NCBI GenBank assembly: GCA_934747965.1
Contig: CAKVHI010000001.1
Span: 65,703-129,702 of the forward strand
Direction of reading: 5' to 3'
From: an uncultured Clostridia bacterium
GTDB taxonomy: Bacteria; Bacillota; Clostridia; Christensenellales; UBA1242
DNA: 64,000 nucleotides
In this document: positions 10,319 through 20,365 of the stretch, in pieces
Numbering within the stretch: position 1 is the stretch's first letter
Layout: each line of letters starts with the position of its first letter
Made by a program: the position numbers and the translations under genes
Notes under the pieces: generated by a model
What the model saw: only the letters and a program-made list of their open reading frames with translations
Told to the model about the DNA's origin: nothing
Databases searched by the model: none

Positions 10319-11320
10319 CTAAAATTGAAAAATTACATTTAAAACCCACAACAAAACACCACAAACAAGGCTAATTAAAAGCCAATTTATTTTTTTTAAG
10401 CCATTATTTTTTTGCCAAGTTTTGATTTCATTTTGATTTTCAAAACTAATGTTTTTGCTTTCATTTTGTTTGTAAAGATTTGACTGTTTTGCGTTTATTG
10501 TTTCTGTTTTATGAGATTTACAACTAGCACTTTTTAGCCATTTTAAAAGATAAAAAATCATAAAAAGCCCAAACAAAAGCAATGTTACAGCCAAAATGAT
10601 ATAGTTTAAAGACAAGTATTTATAATCAAATAATAGTGGATTAATATAATTTATGATAAGCACAACACTATTATTAACAAAATGAACAAAAATACTTGCA
10701 AAAATGCTTTGAGTGTAAATGACTATAAAAGCCATAATAATTCCAAGAATAAATTGATAAATTGTTTGATGCAAACTTAAATGCATAAGCATGAACATCA
10801 AACTTGAAACCAAAACAGCTTTTGTTTCTCCTTTTTCTTTAAGGCCGTCTAGGATTAAACCTCTAAATAAAAGTTCTTCAGTTATCGGAGCAAAAATCCC
10901 CATAGCAAACAACAAATAAACAAAATTTAAAGGATTTGATATGTCTAGTGGCAAGGTCTGTTGTTTTATGCCAAGAGTTAATAAAAAACTGTCGTAAACA
11001 TTTATTATTGGGCTTATCAAAAACAAGCAACAAAAAGAAATTAAAAGCAAAATTATAATTTGCTTGAAATTTAAACTCTTATGTTTTATTGACTTAAAAG
11101 TCATTTTTTTATGCTTTGTTATTGCTAAATAAATTATTAAAAAAGAAATTTGACTTATAAGTGTTGCAACAATTTTGTAAGCCATTGAATTTTCAAGTTC
11201 GGTTGGTTTAATAAAAAATGACAAAATAATTATGAAAAAAATTGCCAAAATGTTCGGCAAAAACAATGCTAGCATAAAAGAAATTGCACTATCTTTTTGA
11301 TTATATTCGTTTTGCATCAT
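10319..11320 (-). CDS. CPBP family intramembrane glutamic endopeptidase, tandem paralog
   Basis: EELLFRGLI, MHLSLH and HFVNNS motifs. It directly abuts the previous CPBP gene. Confidence 0.75.
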   Translation of the reverse strand: MMQNEYNQKDSAISFMLALFLPNILAIFFIIILSFFIKPTELENSMAYKIVATLISQISFLIIYLAITKHKKMTFKSIKHKSLNFKQIIILLLISFCCLFLISPIINVYDSFLLTLGIKQQTLPLDISNPLNFVYLLFAMGIFAPITEELLFRGLILDGLKEKGETKAVLVSSLMFMLMHLSLHQTIYQFILGIIMAFIVIYTQSIFASIFVHFVNNSVVLIINYINPLLFDYKYLSLNYIILAVTLLLFGLFMIFYLLKWLKSASCKSHKTETINAKQSNLYKQNESKNISFENQNEIKTWQKNNGLKKINWLLISLVCGVLLWVLNVIFQF

Positions 11321-11352
11321 TTTATTATATCATTTTAACAATTATTTTCAAA

Positions 11353-12654
11353 CTAAATATTAATTTTATTTATTAATTTTACAATTTCACTTGTTATATA
11401 TTTTAATTGTAATTTGCTTTCTCCTTCAACCAAAATTCTAATCTTATTTTCCGTTCCACTCATCCTTACAATAATTCTTCCATCAAAATTTTGCTTAAGT
11501 TTGTTTACTAAGTTATTTAATTCTTCACTGTTTTTAATTCTAAGTTTATCTTTAACTTCTAAGTTTGTTGCAAGTTGAGGCATCAAAGTTACATTAAAAA
11601 GTTCTTTTAAGGTTTTGTTTTCTTTTTTCATAACTTCCATTATTTTTATTCCTGCCAAAATGCCGTCTCCTGTTGGTAAAATGTTTTTTATAATTATATG
11701 ACCACTTTGCTCTCCACCCAAAACACCACCAAGCTTGTTAAGTGTTTCAATAACAAACTTATCCCCAACATCACAACGCACAAAATTTATACCCTTTTGC
11801 TTAAGTTTTTTCTCTATTTTCAAGTTTGTTTGTGTTGTTCCAACAACAATATTATTTTTAAGCAAATTTTGCTTTTTAAAAGAATTTGTAAGAATATAAA
11901 CAATCGCATCGCCGTCCAAAACGTTTCCATTTTCATCAACACACAAAACTCTGTCAGCATCTCCATCAAAAGCAAGCCCCAAATTTGCATTCTCGGCTAA
12001 GACTATCTTTTTCAAGCCATCAAGATGCAAACTTCCACAATTTTCGTTAATTTCTCCATTTTTACAGTTGTTTATTGCAACAACTTCGGCACCCAGTTTA
12101 GAAAAAATTTTTGGTGCCAAACAAAAACTTGCACCATTTGCCAAATCAAGAACAACCTTGAGGCCATTGAGTCTAACATCAACATTGCTAATAATGTGGT
12201 CAACATATTTTTTTTGCAAATTTTCTTTAAATCTGTAACGCCCCAAACTAAAATTTGCAACACTACTGGCACCCAAAATATAACTTTCTATTTCTTGTTC
12301 AGTGCTTTCGCTAATCTTTTCTCCTTTTTCGTTAAAGATTTTAATTCCGTTATATTCTTTAGGATTATGTGAAGCCGAGATAACAACGCCATAATCATAA
12401 CCTAGTTTTGAAACCAAGCAAGAAACCACACTTGTTGGAGCAATGCCAATGTCATCAACAATTCCGCCATTTGAAATCGCACCACTCACAAGAGAAAACA
12501 AAATAAGGTCGTTGCTTGGTCGTGTATCTTTGCATATTAAAATTTTAGGGTTTTCTTTAATTTTTGTTAATGCTAAACCGCATTTAAAAGCAAGTTCTGT
12601 TGTTAAGTCTTTTCCAACAACTCCTCTAATTCCGTCTGTTCCAAAATAGACCAC
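11353..12654 (-). CDS. glmM: Phosphoglucosamine mutase
   Basis: FGTDGIRG, active-site ISASHNP, FDGDADR and GGEQSGH motifs. Confidence 0.9.
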   Translation of the reverse strand: MVYFGTDGIRGVVGKDLTTELAFKCGLALTKIKENPKILICKDTRPSNDLILFSLVSGAISNGGIVDDIGIAPTSVVSCLVSKLGYDYGVVISASHNPKEYNGIKIFNEKGEKISESTEQEIESYILGASSVANFSLGRYRFKENLQKKYVDHIISNVDVRLNGLKVVLDLANGASFCLAPKIFSKLGAEVVAINNCKNGEINENCGSLHLDGLKKIVLAENANLGLAFDGDADRVLCVDENGNVLDGDAIVYILTNSFKKQNLLKNNIVVGTTQTNLKIEKKLKQKGINFVRCDVGDKFVIETLNKLGGVLGGEQSGHIIIKNILPTGDGILAGIKIMEVMKKENKTLKELFNVTLMPQLATNLEVKDKLRIKNSEELNNLVNKLKQNFDGRIIVRMSGTENKIRILVEGESKLQLKYITSEIVKLINKINI

Positions 12655-13317
12655 TTATTTATCTTCCTTCTTTATATGAATCTTTTTTTCATCATCTTTG
12701 ATTTTAAGTTCTCTTTTGCTAATCACAAATTTGTTTGCTTCAATGTTTTTGTCGACTGTAGTCCCTGCAGCAATAAATGAATTGTCTCCAACACTCACGG
12801 GTGCAATCAAATTAGAATTACTGCCGATGAAACAATTTTTGCCAACAGTTGTTTTAAATTTTTCTTTACCATTATAGTTACAAAAAATCACACCACAACC
12901 AATATTTGTTTTTTCGCCAATTTCGCTGTCACCAATATAAGCCAAATGACACGCTTTTACGCCATTTTTTATCAAACTTTTTTTAATTTCAACAAAATTC
13001 CCTATTTTTGTATCATTCAGAATTTCAGCCTCTCTGAGTCTTGAAAACGGTCCTATTTGATTGAAAGAGCCTACTGATGAATTAACAAGATAACTAAAAC
13101 TGATTTTGTTGTTTTCGGAAATTTTGCAATCTTTTATAAAATTATTTCCTTCCAAAACGCAATTTTGACCTATAACTGTATTTCCTAATATGGTGTTGTT
13201 AGGATAAATTATTGTATTTTTACCAATTTTGCAAGTTTTGTCTATTATTGTTGAATTTGGATCTAAAATTTGAACACCAATACTTTTAAGATAATTTTCA
13301 AATTCTTTTTCTATCAT
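12655..13317 (-). CDS. Stand-alone GlmU C-terminal-type (GlcN-1-P) acetyltransferase, left-handed beta-helix
   Basis: [26 protein letters not shown]...[11 protein letters not shown]...[22 protein letters not shown]...[14 protein letters not shown] tracks the acetyltransferase domain of GlmU closely. The stop codon directly abuts the glmM start. Confidence 0.75.
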   Translation of the reverse strand: MIEKEFENYLKSIGVQILDPNSTIIDKTCKIGKNTIIYPNNTILGNTVIGQNCVLEGNNFIKDCKISENNKISFSYLVNSSVGSFNQIGPFSRLREAEILNDTKIGNFVEIKKSLIKNGVKACHLAYIGDSEIGEKTNIGCGVIFCNYNGKEKFKTTVGKNCFIGSNSNLIAPVSVGDNSFIAAGTTVDKNIEANKFVISKRELKIKDDEKKIHIKKEDK

Positions 13318-13496
13318 AAAAACTTTTATGTTTTAAAAATTAAAATTGTTAATTAAAAATTATTGGAAAGTGAAAAGAATAAGTTTTTTTAGTTAATTCA
13401 TAATGTTTGTTTGTGAAAAATTGATAACTATGTTATGATTATATATAGACAAATAAAAGAATATTAAAAATAATTATTCATAAAATAGATTATATT

Positions 13497-14480
13497 ATGA
13501 CAAACAAAGATGAGATTTTAAAAAAGGAAGAGGATGTTAAAAACAAAGAATTTAAAAATATAAACAAACTTGAACAAATCGAAATAAAAAAAGAAGAAAA
13601 TCTTGCAAAATTAAACGAAACTAATGTGAAACAAGGCAAAAACATTGAAATTGAAAGTTTTGTAACACTTGACAACACCACAAAAAAAGGTAAGATATTA
13701 AGATTTATAATTGTTTGTTTAGTTTTTTCCATGATTATTTTAGGAATCTATTTAGCCCTAAAATTTACCGGAACACTAGATAAACTTGAAAGCTTGGAAG
13801 ACATAAAAAAACTGATTTTGTCTGGCGGAAATTTTAGTTTGATTGTTTTTGTTATAATTCAATTTTTGCAAGTAACAATTCTTCCAATACCAGCATTTTT
13901 AACAACGGTTGCTGGCGCTATAATTTTTGGACCATTAATCACATTCATTTTAAGTTTCGTTTCAATTCTGCTTGGAAGTTTGTTTGCTTTTTGGCTTGGA
14001 CGAAAATTTGGAAAGCGTATTTTAATTTGGACAGTTGGAAAAGAAGATGCACAAAAATGGACCAAAAAATTAACGAATGGAAAATATGCCTTTTTTTTGA
14101 TGATGCTTTTCCCTGCCTTTCCTGATGACATCTTATGCATGGCGGCGGGCGTTACAAACATGAGTTGGAAATTTTTTACGATAACCAACCTAATCACAAG
14201 ACCAATAGGAATTTTCTGCATTTGTTATCTTGGAAGCGGAACACTTCTTCCGTATGAAGGGTATTATTTAATAGCTTGGGCTTTTATTCTGATTTTGCTA
14301 GTAACTTTGTTTGTTTTAAGCATAAAATATCAGGGCAAAATAGAAAAATTTGTTGACAAAATTAACAATAAAATTACAAAGAGAAATAAAGTTAAAAAAA
14401 CAATACCAAAAATAGAAAATTTGAATTTAAGCGATGGCGAAAACGAAAATGAAAGCACAAAAAATGAAGAAAAAAATTAA
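13497..14480 (+). CDS. TVP38/TMEM64 (DedA/SNARE-associated) family membrane protein
   Basis: VTILPIPAFLTTVAGAIIFGP and FPAFPDDILCMAAG motifs. It has a charged N-terminal extension, so the true start could be internal. Confidence 0.7.
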   Translation: MTNKDEILKKEEDVKNKEFKNINKLEQIEIKKEENLAKLNETNVKQGKNIEIESFVTLDNTTKKGKILRFIIVCLVFSMIILGIYLALKFTGTLDKLESLEDIKKLILSGGNFSLIVFVIIQFLQVTILPIPAFLTTVAGAIIFGPLITFILSFVSILLGSLFAFWLGRKFGKRILIWTVGKEDAQKWTKKLTNGKYAFFLMMLFPAFPDDILCMAAGVTNMSWKFFTITNLITRPIGIFCICYLGSGTLLPYEGYYLIAWAFILILLVTLFVLSIKYQGKIEKFVDKINNKITKRNKVKKTIPKIENLNLSDGENENESTKNEEKN

Positions 14481-14587
14481 TTTTGACTTTTTGATCGAAA
14501 AGCATGTTAAATTATGTCATCGTATTCGTTTTGCTAAAATATGATTTTTAAGTTGCAAAAAATAAAATTACAATATATAATCTTAAT

Positions 14588-15571
14588 ATGATTACATATT
14601 TAGTTACAGGTGGATTAGGATTTATTGGAAGCCACTACATTGATAGCATTATTGAGGACAAGAAAAATTTTGTTATAAACCTAGACAAACAGACATACTC
14701 AAGCAATATCGACAGATTTTTGTTTAACAAAAATTATAAGTTTGTTTTGGGCGATATTTGTGATGAAGAATTAGTTGAATCTATTTTTAAAAAATATGAC
14801 ATAGATTATGTTTTAAATTTCGCAGCTGAAAGTCATGTGGATAACAGTTATAACAATTTTTACACTTTTGTTAAAACTAATGTTTTGGGAACAGCAAATT
14901 TGCTCAGCATATCTCAAAAATATTGGAAAAACAAAAAAAATAAGCGTTTTATTCAAATTTCAACAGATGAAGTTTATGGACCTAACAAACAAGATAACGA
15001 GTTTTTTGAAACAGACGAAGTCAATCCAACTTCTCCTTACGCAACAACTAAAGCATCGGCTGAAATGCTTGTTAAAAATTTTGTTTTTAACTTTGACTTC
15101 CCTGCCATCATCACTCGAAGTTCAAATAATTTTGGAAGTTATCAACATAAAGAAAAATTAATTCCAAAAACCTTTTTAAGTTGCTATCAAAAATCGAAAA
15201 TTTCGCTATACAAAAACAGCAGGCTTCACAAAAGAAATTGGCTTTATGTTAAAGACAATGTTAATGCAATTAACCTTGTTTTGAAAAATGGAAATGTGGG
15301 CGAAATTTACAATATTTGTTCTGATGACGAGTTTACTAACCTTGATATGATTGAAAAAATTATTAACTATTGCAACGAAAATGTTGATGAAAATATAAGC
15401 AATAAATTAATAAAACTTGAAAACTCAAGACCTTTAGACGATGAAAGGTACAAAATAAATTGTGATAAAATAAAAAAACTTGGTTTTAGACAAACAGATT
15501 TTGAAAAAAATTTTAAACACACCTTAAACTTTTATAAAAACAATATTGATAATTTAGTAAACAGAAAATAA
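14588..15571 (+). CDS. dTDP-glucose 4,6-dehydratase-like NAD-dependent sugar dehydratase/epimerase
   Basis: Rossmann motif TGGLGFIGSH, ESHVDNS, and the catalytic Y-x3-K in YATTKASAE. Confidence 0.75.
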   Translation: MITYLVTGGLGFIGSHYIDSIIEDKKNFVINLDKQTYSSNIDRFLFNKNYKFVLGDICDEELVESIFKKYDIDYVLNFAAESHVDNSYNNFYTFVKTNVLGTANLLSISQKYWKNKKNKRFIQISTDEVYGPNKQDNEFFETDEVNPTSPYATTKASAEMLVKNFVFNFDFPAIITRSSNNFGSYQHKEKLIPKTFLSCYQKSKISLYKNSRLHKRNWLYVKDNVNAINLVLKNGNVGEIYNICSDDEFTNLDMIEKIINYCNENVDENISNKLIKLENSRPLDDERYKINCDKIKKLGFRQTDFEKNFKHTLNFYKNNIDNLVNRK

Positions 15572-15708
15572 TTTTAGATTTTTAAAAATTTCTTGCTAAA
15601 AAACTAATAAATAAAGCAAAATCACTTTTAAAAAAGTTATTAAAACTCACTTTTACAAAAATTAAAAAAATGGTTTTAATCATAAAGCATAAACAGGAGA
15701 AAAATTTT

Positions 15709-16080
15709 ATGAAAACTATACAAGACATTTTAAAGCAACTTGAAATTCTTAGCATAAAGTCAGATGATGACCATGTAACCATTACACTCCCTGTTTGTTT
15801 GTATATGAATTGGAATTGTGTAGAATTAATTATAAAGCCAACTGAAAAGGGGTATGTTATAACCGACACGGGTGATAATTTTAATAGGTTTAATAATGTT
15901 GCAAGTTATTACTACGACTTGTTTATAAAAAGTGGTAATCGCTTTTATGATATTCAGTTAGATAACGAAACTATTTTCAAGGAATATGAATTTAACTTTA
16001 GCATAATCGCTGCTCTTGATGAATTTATTAGATTTTTTGCAAACTTAGATGATTTTGTTTTGGATAATAATTTGTGCTAA
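15709..16080 (+). CDS. Hypothetical protein
   Basis: An ORF with an AGGAGA RBS 7-8 nt upstream of the ATG at 15709. No recognisable motif. Confidence 0.35.
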   Translation: MKTIQDILKQLEILSIKSDDDHVTITLPVCLYMNWNCVELIIKPTEKGYVITDTGDNFNRFNNVASYYYDLFIKSGNRFYDIQLDNETIFKEYEFNFSIIAALDEFIRFFANLDDFVLDNNLC

Positions 16081-16157
16081 AGACTACTAAAAAGATAAAA
16101 GATTTAAGCACTTTTTAATTTTTAAACTGCTCAAAAACTTTAATAATTTAATTAAGC

Positions 16158-16197
16158 AAAAAGGAGTTTTACGAAATGTATAACTCCTTTTTTTTGT
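16158..16197. terminator. Bidirectional terminator between convergent genes
   Basis: AAGGAGTT (16161-16168) pairs with AACTCCTT (16182-16189), followed by a T-run. Confidence 0.6.
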
Positions 16198-16235
16198 TAT
16201 AAGTTTAATCTTCATATTCTTTGCTTTATAATTAA

Positions 16236-17459
16236 TTATTTATTTTCGATTTTTAAATATGTTTTTTTACCTTTTTTGATTATATATTCATCTTTTTTGC
16301 TTAAAATTTTCTTAAAATCAGTTATTTTTTCATCATCAACCGTTATTCCACCTTGTTCTATCATGCGTCTTGCTTCGCCTTTGCTTGCAAACAATTTTGC
16401 ATCAAAAAGCAAGTCAACAATATTTATGTCATTTTCAATTTTAAGTTCAATTTTTGGCATATTTTCAAAATTTGCATTACTAAATATGTTGTTAGACATC
16501 TCTAACGCTTTGTCCGCCTCATCTTTTCCATGAACAAGTTTTGTTATTTCATAAGCCATAACTTTTTTTGCCTCTCGAATGTCGCCTGACAAATATTTTT
16601 TAATCTCATCAATCGAAAGTCGAGTTAAAAGTTTCATTGTTTTTTCAACATCACGATCATCAACATTATAAAAATATTGATAAAATTCAAAAGGAGTTGT
16701 TTTGTTTGGGTCTACCCACAAAGCACCTTTTTCTGTTTTACCCATTTTTACACCTTCGTAATTTGTAAGAAGTGGATGAGTAAAACCTTCAAGTGGTTTT
16801 TCAACCACGCCTTTTTTAAAGTTTAGTTTTCGAGTTAATTCCTTTCCTGCAACAATGTTTCCCCACTGGTCAGACCCTCCAAACTCAAGTGTGCAACCGT
16901 AAGTTTTGTTAAGATATGCAAAATCATACGCTTGCATAAGCATATAGCCCATTTCAAAGAATGTTAGCCCGCCGTCTTGAATTCGTTTTTGATATGCTTC
17001 ACTGGCAAGCATTTTGCTTACATTAAAATGAACACCAATATCACGCATAAAACTTACATAATCATATCCCCTAAACCATTCAGCATTATTAACAATTATT
17101 GCTTTGTTTTCACCTTCCAGGTCAACAAATCTTCCAATAATTTTTTTAATTGCGTCATAGTTATTATTAACAAATTCATCAGTAACCATTTTTCTCATCG
17201 TAGCTTTACCGCTTGGGTCGCCTATTTTTGCAGTTGCACCACCCAAAACAACAATAACTTTATGACCTGCTTCTTGCAAGTATCTTGCAATAATTAATGG
17301 AAAGCAATGCCCTATATGCAAACTATCGGCAGTTGGATCTATACCTACATACGCCGTTATAATTCCGTTAGTCAGCATCTTTTCAATTTCTTCCAAATTA
17401 GTTGCTTGATAAATGTATCCCCTTTCATTTAAAACCCTAAACAAATCTTTCCTATCCAT
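16236..17459 (-). CDS. tyrS: Tyrosine--tRNA ligase
   Basis: The class I HIGH motif (SLHIGH) and a KMSKS-like KMGKT. The C-terminal S4-like string is ASKGEARRMIEQGGI. The start is taken at MDRKDLF. Confidence 0.92.
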   Translation of the reverse strand: MDRKDLFRVLNERGYIYQATNLEEIEKMLTNGIITAYVGIDPTADSLHIGHCFPLIIARYLQEAGHKVIVVLGGATAKIGDPSGKATMRKMVTDEFVNNNYDAIKKIIGRFVDLEGENKAIIVNNAEWFRGYDYVSFMRDIGVHFNVSKMLASEAYQKRIQDGGLTFFEMGYMLMQAYDFAYLNKTYGCTLEFGGSDQWGNIVAGKELTRKLNFKKGVVEKPLEGFTHPLLTNYEGVKMGKTEKGALWVDPNKTTPFEFYQYFYNVDDRDVEKTMKLLTRLSIDEIKKYLSGDIREAKKVMAYEITKLVHGKDEADKALEMSNNIFSNANFENMPKIELKIENDINIVDLLFDAKLFASKGEARRMIEQGGITVDDEKITDFKKILSKKDEYIIKKGKKTYLKIENK

Positions 17460-17552
17460 ACAAACTCCTTTACAATCTATTTTTATTACCATTTTATTTA
17501 ACAAAATTAAATTCAAGTTTAACAAGACAATTTTTAAATAAAAATTTTTAAC

Positions 17553-17600
17553 AAAAAAGCCTTCTTGGTAGAAGGCATAAAAAACAAAAAACTTCTACCA
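17553..17600 (-). promoter_or_regulatory. Terminator/antiterminator attenuator in the tyrS leader (T-box-like 3' module)
   Basis: On the minus strand, GCCUUCU-ACCA-AGAAGGC followed by U6 forms the terminator. The upstream UGGUAGAAG (17592-17600) is complementary to the 5' arm CUUCUACCA, giving a mutually exclusive antiterminator that contains UGGU. Confidence 0.5.
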
Positions 17601-17658
17601 AATGCTAGAATTAAAAATTATAGTAATAATAGTAGTTTTGTTTAATCATAACATAATA

Positions 17659-17687
17659 ATATTAGCACACAAAAAAATCTTTGTCAA
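17659..17687 (-). promoter_or_regulatory. Sigma-70-type promoter upstream of the tyrS leader
   Basis: On the minus strand: TTGACA (17682-17687), a 17-nt spacer, then TAATAT (17659-17664). Confidence 0.45.
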
Positions 17688-17733
17688 ACAAAAATTTTTA
17701 TTTTTAAAAATTAAAGACATTAAAATTGTTAAG

Positions 17734-18621
17734 TTAGCTTTTTAAAAAATTTTCCAAAACAAACTCTTCTTCAAAATTAGGGATATATTCTTCAGTTTGT
17801 GAAGATTTTTCTTGAACATAAGCGTTGAAAAATCCAAGTTTTAGTGCATAGCAAACAACGCGTTTATATTCAATGTCTTTAACTTTATTTTTTAAAATCT
17901 CATGTTGTTTGGCTTTGTAACAAGGAGTGTATTGATTAAGCAAACTAATAATTGCACTATTTCCAAGCATATTATAAATTTCATCCAAAATTTTGCATGA
18001 ATCTGCACTCTCTTTTGGAAGCACAAGATGCCTAATTATTATACCCTTTTTCATTATCCCATTTTCTATAACATCTTTTGGAACAATTTCTCTTGCCTTT
18101 TTTAAACTTTTTTTGGCAAATTCAAAATAATCTTCTGCCCCTGAATATTCTTTTGATAAACTAGAAGAATAATATTTTAGGTCAAACAAAAAAATATCAA
18201 CATAGCCTTTCAGTCTTTCAATAGTTTCAGGTTTTTCATAACCGCTTGTGTTCCACACAACGGGAATTTTAGGCTTATAAATTTTTAACGCTTCAATAAT
18301 CTTGTCAGTATAATGCGTTGGTGTTACAAAATTTATATTATTCACACCTTTGCTTTCAAGTTTTTTGATAATCTCAACCAAATCTATAACAGAAATTTCT
18401 ACACCTTTCCCTTGGTGGCTTAATTGATAATTTTGACAAAACAAGCATTTTAGGTTGCATCCACTAAAAAATATGGCACCACTGCCGTTTTTTTCACATA
18501 TTATTGGCTCTTCAAACCTATGCACCATTGCTTTTTGAATTTTAAGTGTCTTTTGACCACAAAATCCAATATTTTTGTTTCTGTCTGCGTTACAATTTCT
18601 TGGACAAATATTACATAACAT
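17734..18621 (-). CDS. Radical SAM protein, PflX-like (putative glycyl-radical-enzyme activase family)
   Basis: An N-terminal CNICPRNCNADR...GFCG cluster and the radical SAM motif CNLKCLFCQN. The start is placed at MLCNICPR; the ORF itself extends to 18660. Confidence 0.7.
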   Translation of the reverse strand: MLCNICPRNCNADRNKNIGFCGQKTLKIQKAMVHRFEEPIICEKNGSGAIFFSGCNLKCLFCQNYQLSHQGKGVEISVIDLVEIIKKLESKGVNNINFVTPTHYTDKIIEALKIYKPKIPVVWNTSGYEKPETIERLKGYVDIFLFDLKYYSSSLSKEYSGAEDYFEFAKKSLKKAREIVPKDVIENGIMKKGIIIRHLVLPKESADSCKILDEIYNMLGNSAIISLLNQYTPCYKAKQHEILKNKVKDIEYKRVVCYALKLGFFNAYVQEKSSQTEEYIPNFEEEFVLENFLKS

Positions 18622-18763
18622 GATATAAATATAAAACTTTTTTTGAAATTTTGAAAGCATTTTTATGATTTTAAATTTTATTCTTTTGAAATTGTTTAAA
18701 ATTGTTTTTTAAATTAATCAAAATATGTTAAACTTTATAAAAATATAAAGAAAGGAATATGTT

Positions 18764-19546
18764 ATGAATAAAATAGTTGTTATAACTGGGGCTTCAAGTG
18801 GAATTGGATTATGCCTATACAATATGTATAAAGAAAAGGGCGATATTCCAATTTGTCTTGCAAGAACAAATGATTCAAATCTTGAAAATTTTTATGAATG
18901 TGATGTTACCAAAGAAGAAATGATAATTTCATGTTTTAAAGAAATTCAAAAAAAATATAAAAATATTGACATTTTGATTAACAATGCTGGCTTTGGAATT
19001 AGTGGTGCTGTTGAACTTGAAAATTCATCAACTGTCGAAAATATTATGAATGTTAATTTTATGGGTGCATTTTTGTGCTATAAATATGCCCTTCCTCTTA
19101 TGAGAAGTGGGGCCAGAATTGTGAACATAAGCTCGGTATGTGCACTTTTCCCAATAGCATACAGAGGCTTTTATTGTGCAAGCAAATCGGCTTTGTCTAG
19201 TTTAAGTTTTACAGAATATATGGAACTTAAAAAAAGCAATATAAAAGTTATCACAATTTGTCCGGGTCAAACTAAAAGCAATTTTAATAAAAATCGTGTT
19301 AGAAATTTAAGTACAAACGAAAGATATGGCACAACAATCTCTTCTGCTGCCGAAACATTAAAACACACCGAAGAAAAGCGTATGCCAACCGAATATGTTG
19401 CTAAAGTTATTTTAAAGCAAACTTACAAAAAAAATCCAAAGCCTATGAAAATTGTTGGCTTTAAATATAAATTTTTCTATTTTGCTTACAGGCTTTTACC
19501 TTTAAGAGTGTTTTTAAATCTAACTCACAAATTTTTAGGTAAATAA
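18764..19546 (+). CDS. Short-chain dehydrogenase/reductase (SDR)
   Basis: TGASSGIG, NNAG, and the catalytic Y-x3-K in YCASKSA. Confidence 0.8.
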   Translation: MNKIVVITGASSGIGLCLYNMYKEKGDIPICLARTNDSNLENFYECDVTKEEMIISCFKEIQKKYKNIDILINNAGFGISGAVELENSSTVENIMNVNFMGAFLCYKYALPLMRSGARIVNISSVCALFPIAYRGFYCASKSALSSLSFTEYMELKKSNIKVITICPGQTKSNFNKNRVRNLSTNERYGTTISSAAETLKHTEEKRMPTEYVAKVILKQTYKKNPKPMKIVGFKYKFFYFAYRLLPLRVFLNLTHKFLGK

Positions 19547-19621
19547 ACTTTAAAAAGATTTTAGTAAACTTATTAATAAAAAATTATTTGAATTAATAAA
19601 AATATATGTAAGAGGTGAAAA

Positions 19622-20107
19622 ATGAGAATTTGTAATTCAGAAGCAATGAAAATGATAAAAAGTTTAGAGGCAGATTTGTCTAATATAAAATTAAATGAAA
19701 CCTATAACACAGCAATTTCTTACAAGGAAGGCGAAGAAAAGACAAAAGTAAATTATGATTATGAGTTAACCCGAAGTGAAATTGCAACTATAAACAAAAA
19801 AATCAGGGATATTAAACACGCACTTGCCGTTGCAAACAGCACATATATAATAGATGATTTCAACATTACAATCGGCGAAGCATTAATTTATTTGGCACAA
19901 CTAAACAATGAGTATAATATTGTTTCTCAACTTGCGGGCAGAAACAAACTTACAAGAAGAATAACAGCAAATGGCGTTTTGGAATATACTGAATGCACTT
20001 ATGACCCAGAAAAAGCAAAGCAAGACCAAAAAGAGATTTATTTAAAAATCGGAAAATTGCAAGTTGCTATTGACAGAGCAAATCTAAATTGTTTTATTGA
20101 AATATAA
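19622..20107 (+). CDS. Hypothetical helical protein (possibly DIP1984/septicolysin-like)
   Basis: An ORF with a GAGGTG RBS. The family assignment rests only on overall pattern and is weak. Confidence 0.35.
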   Translation: MRICNSEAMKMIKSLEADLSNIKLNETYNTAISYKEGEEKTKVNYDYELTRSEIATINKKIRDIKHALAVANSTYIIDDFNITIGEALIYLAQLNNEYNIVSQLAGRNKLTRRITANGVLEYTECTYDPEKAKQDQKEIYLKIGKLQVAIDRANLNCFIEI

Positions 20108-20365
20108 AACTTTTCCCTCAATTTAGATTTTATTATTAAGTATTGTTTGGGTTATTGTTTAAGAAAGAACAAGGTTTATGCTTATTTCTTATCCTTTTAT
20201 TAGTTAATGTTTATTGTTAATAAAAATCAAAGATATAAAGTTATCTAGCCAATCATTCTGAATTGTAAAAACTTTATGAATAAAGCTTGCTTTAATCATA
20301 GCGAAGAAGTATCGGGTTATAATCGCCTTAAAAGAATTTAACTTATAGATTTTCTATAAGTTTTT

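Noticed and set aside
9194-11320. Tandem CPBP proteases as a bacteriocin-immunity or defence locus
   Set aside because: No bacteriocin precursor, ABC exporter or modification enzyme is adjacent. The genes sit in a housekeeping operon context (rlmH to glmM), so a special role cannot be supported from this window.
17460-17740. Annotating a canonical full-length T-box riboswitch upstream of tyrS
   Set aside because: Only the terminator/antiterminator module with UGGU is visible. I could not find Stem I hallmarks (K-turn, specifier loop context, AGAGA/distal loop) by eye. It is kept as a T-box-like attenuator at reduced confidence.
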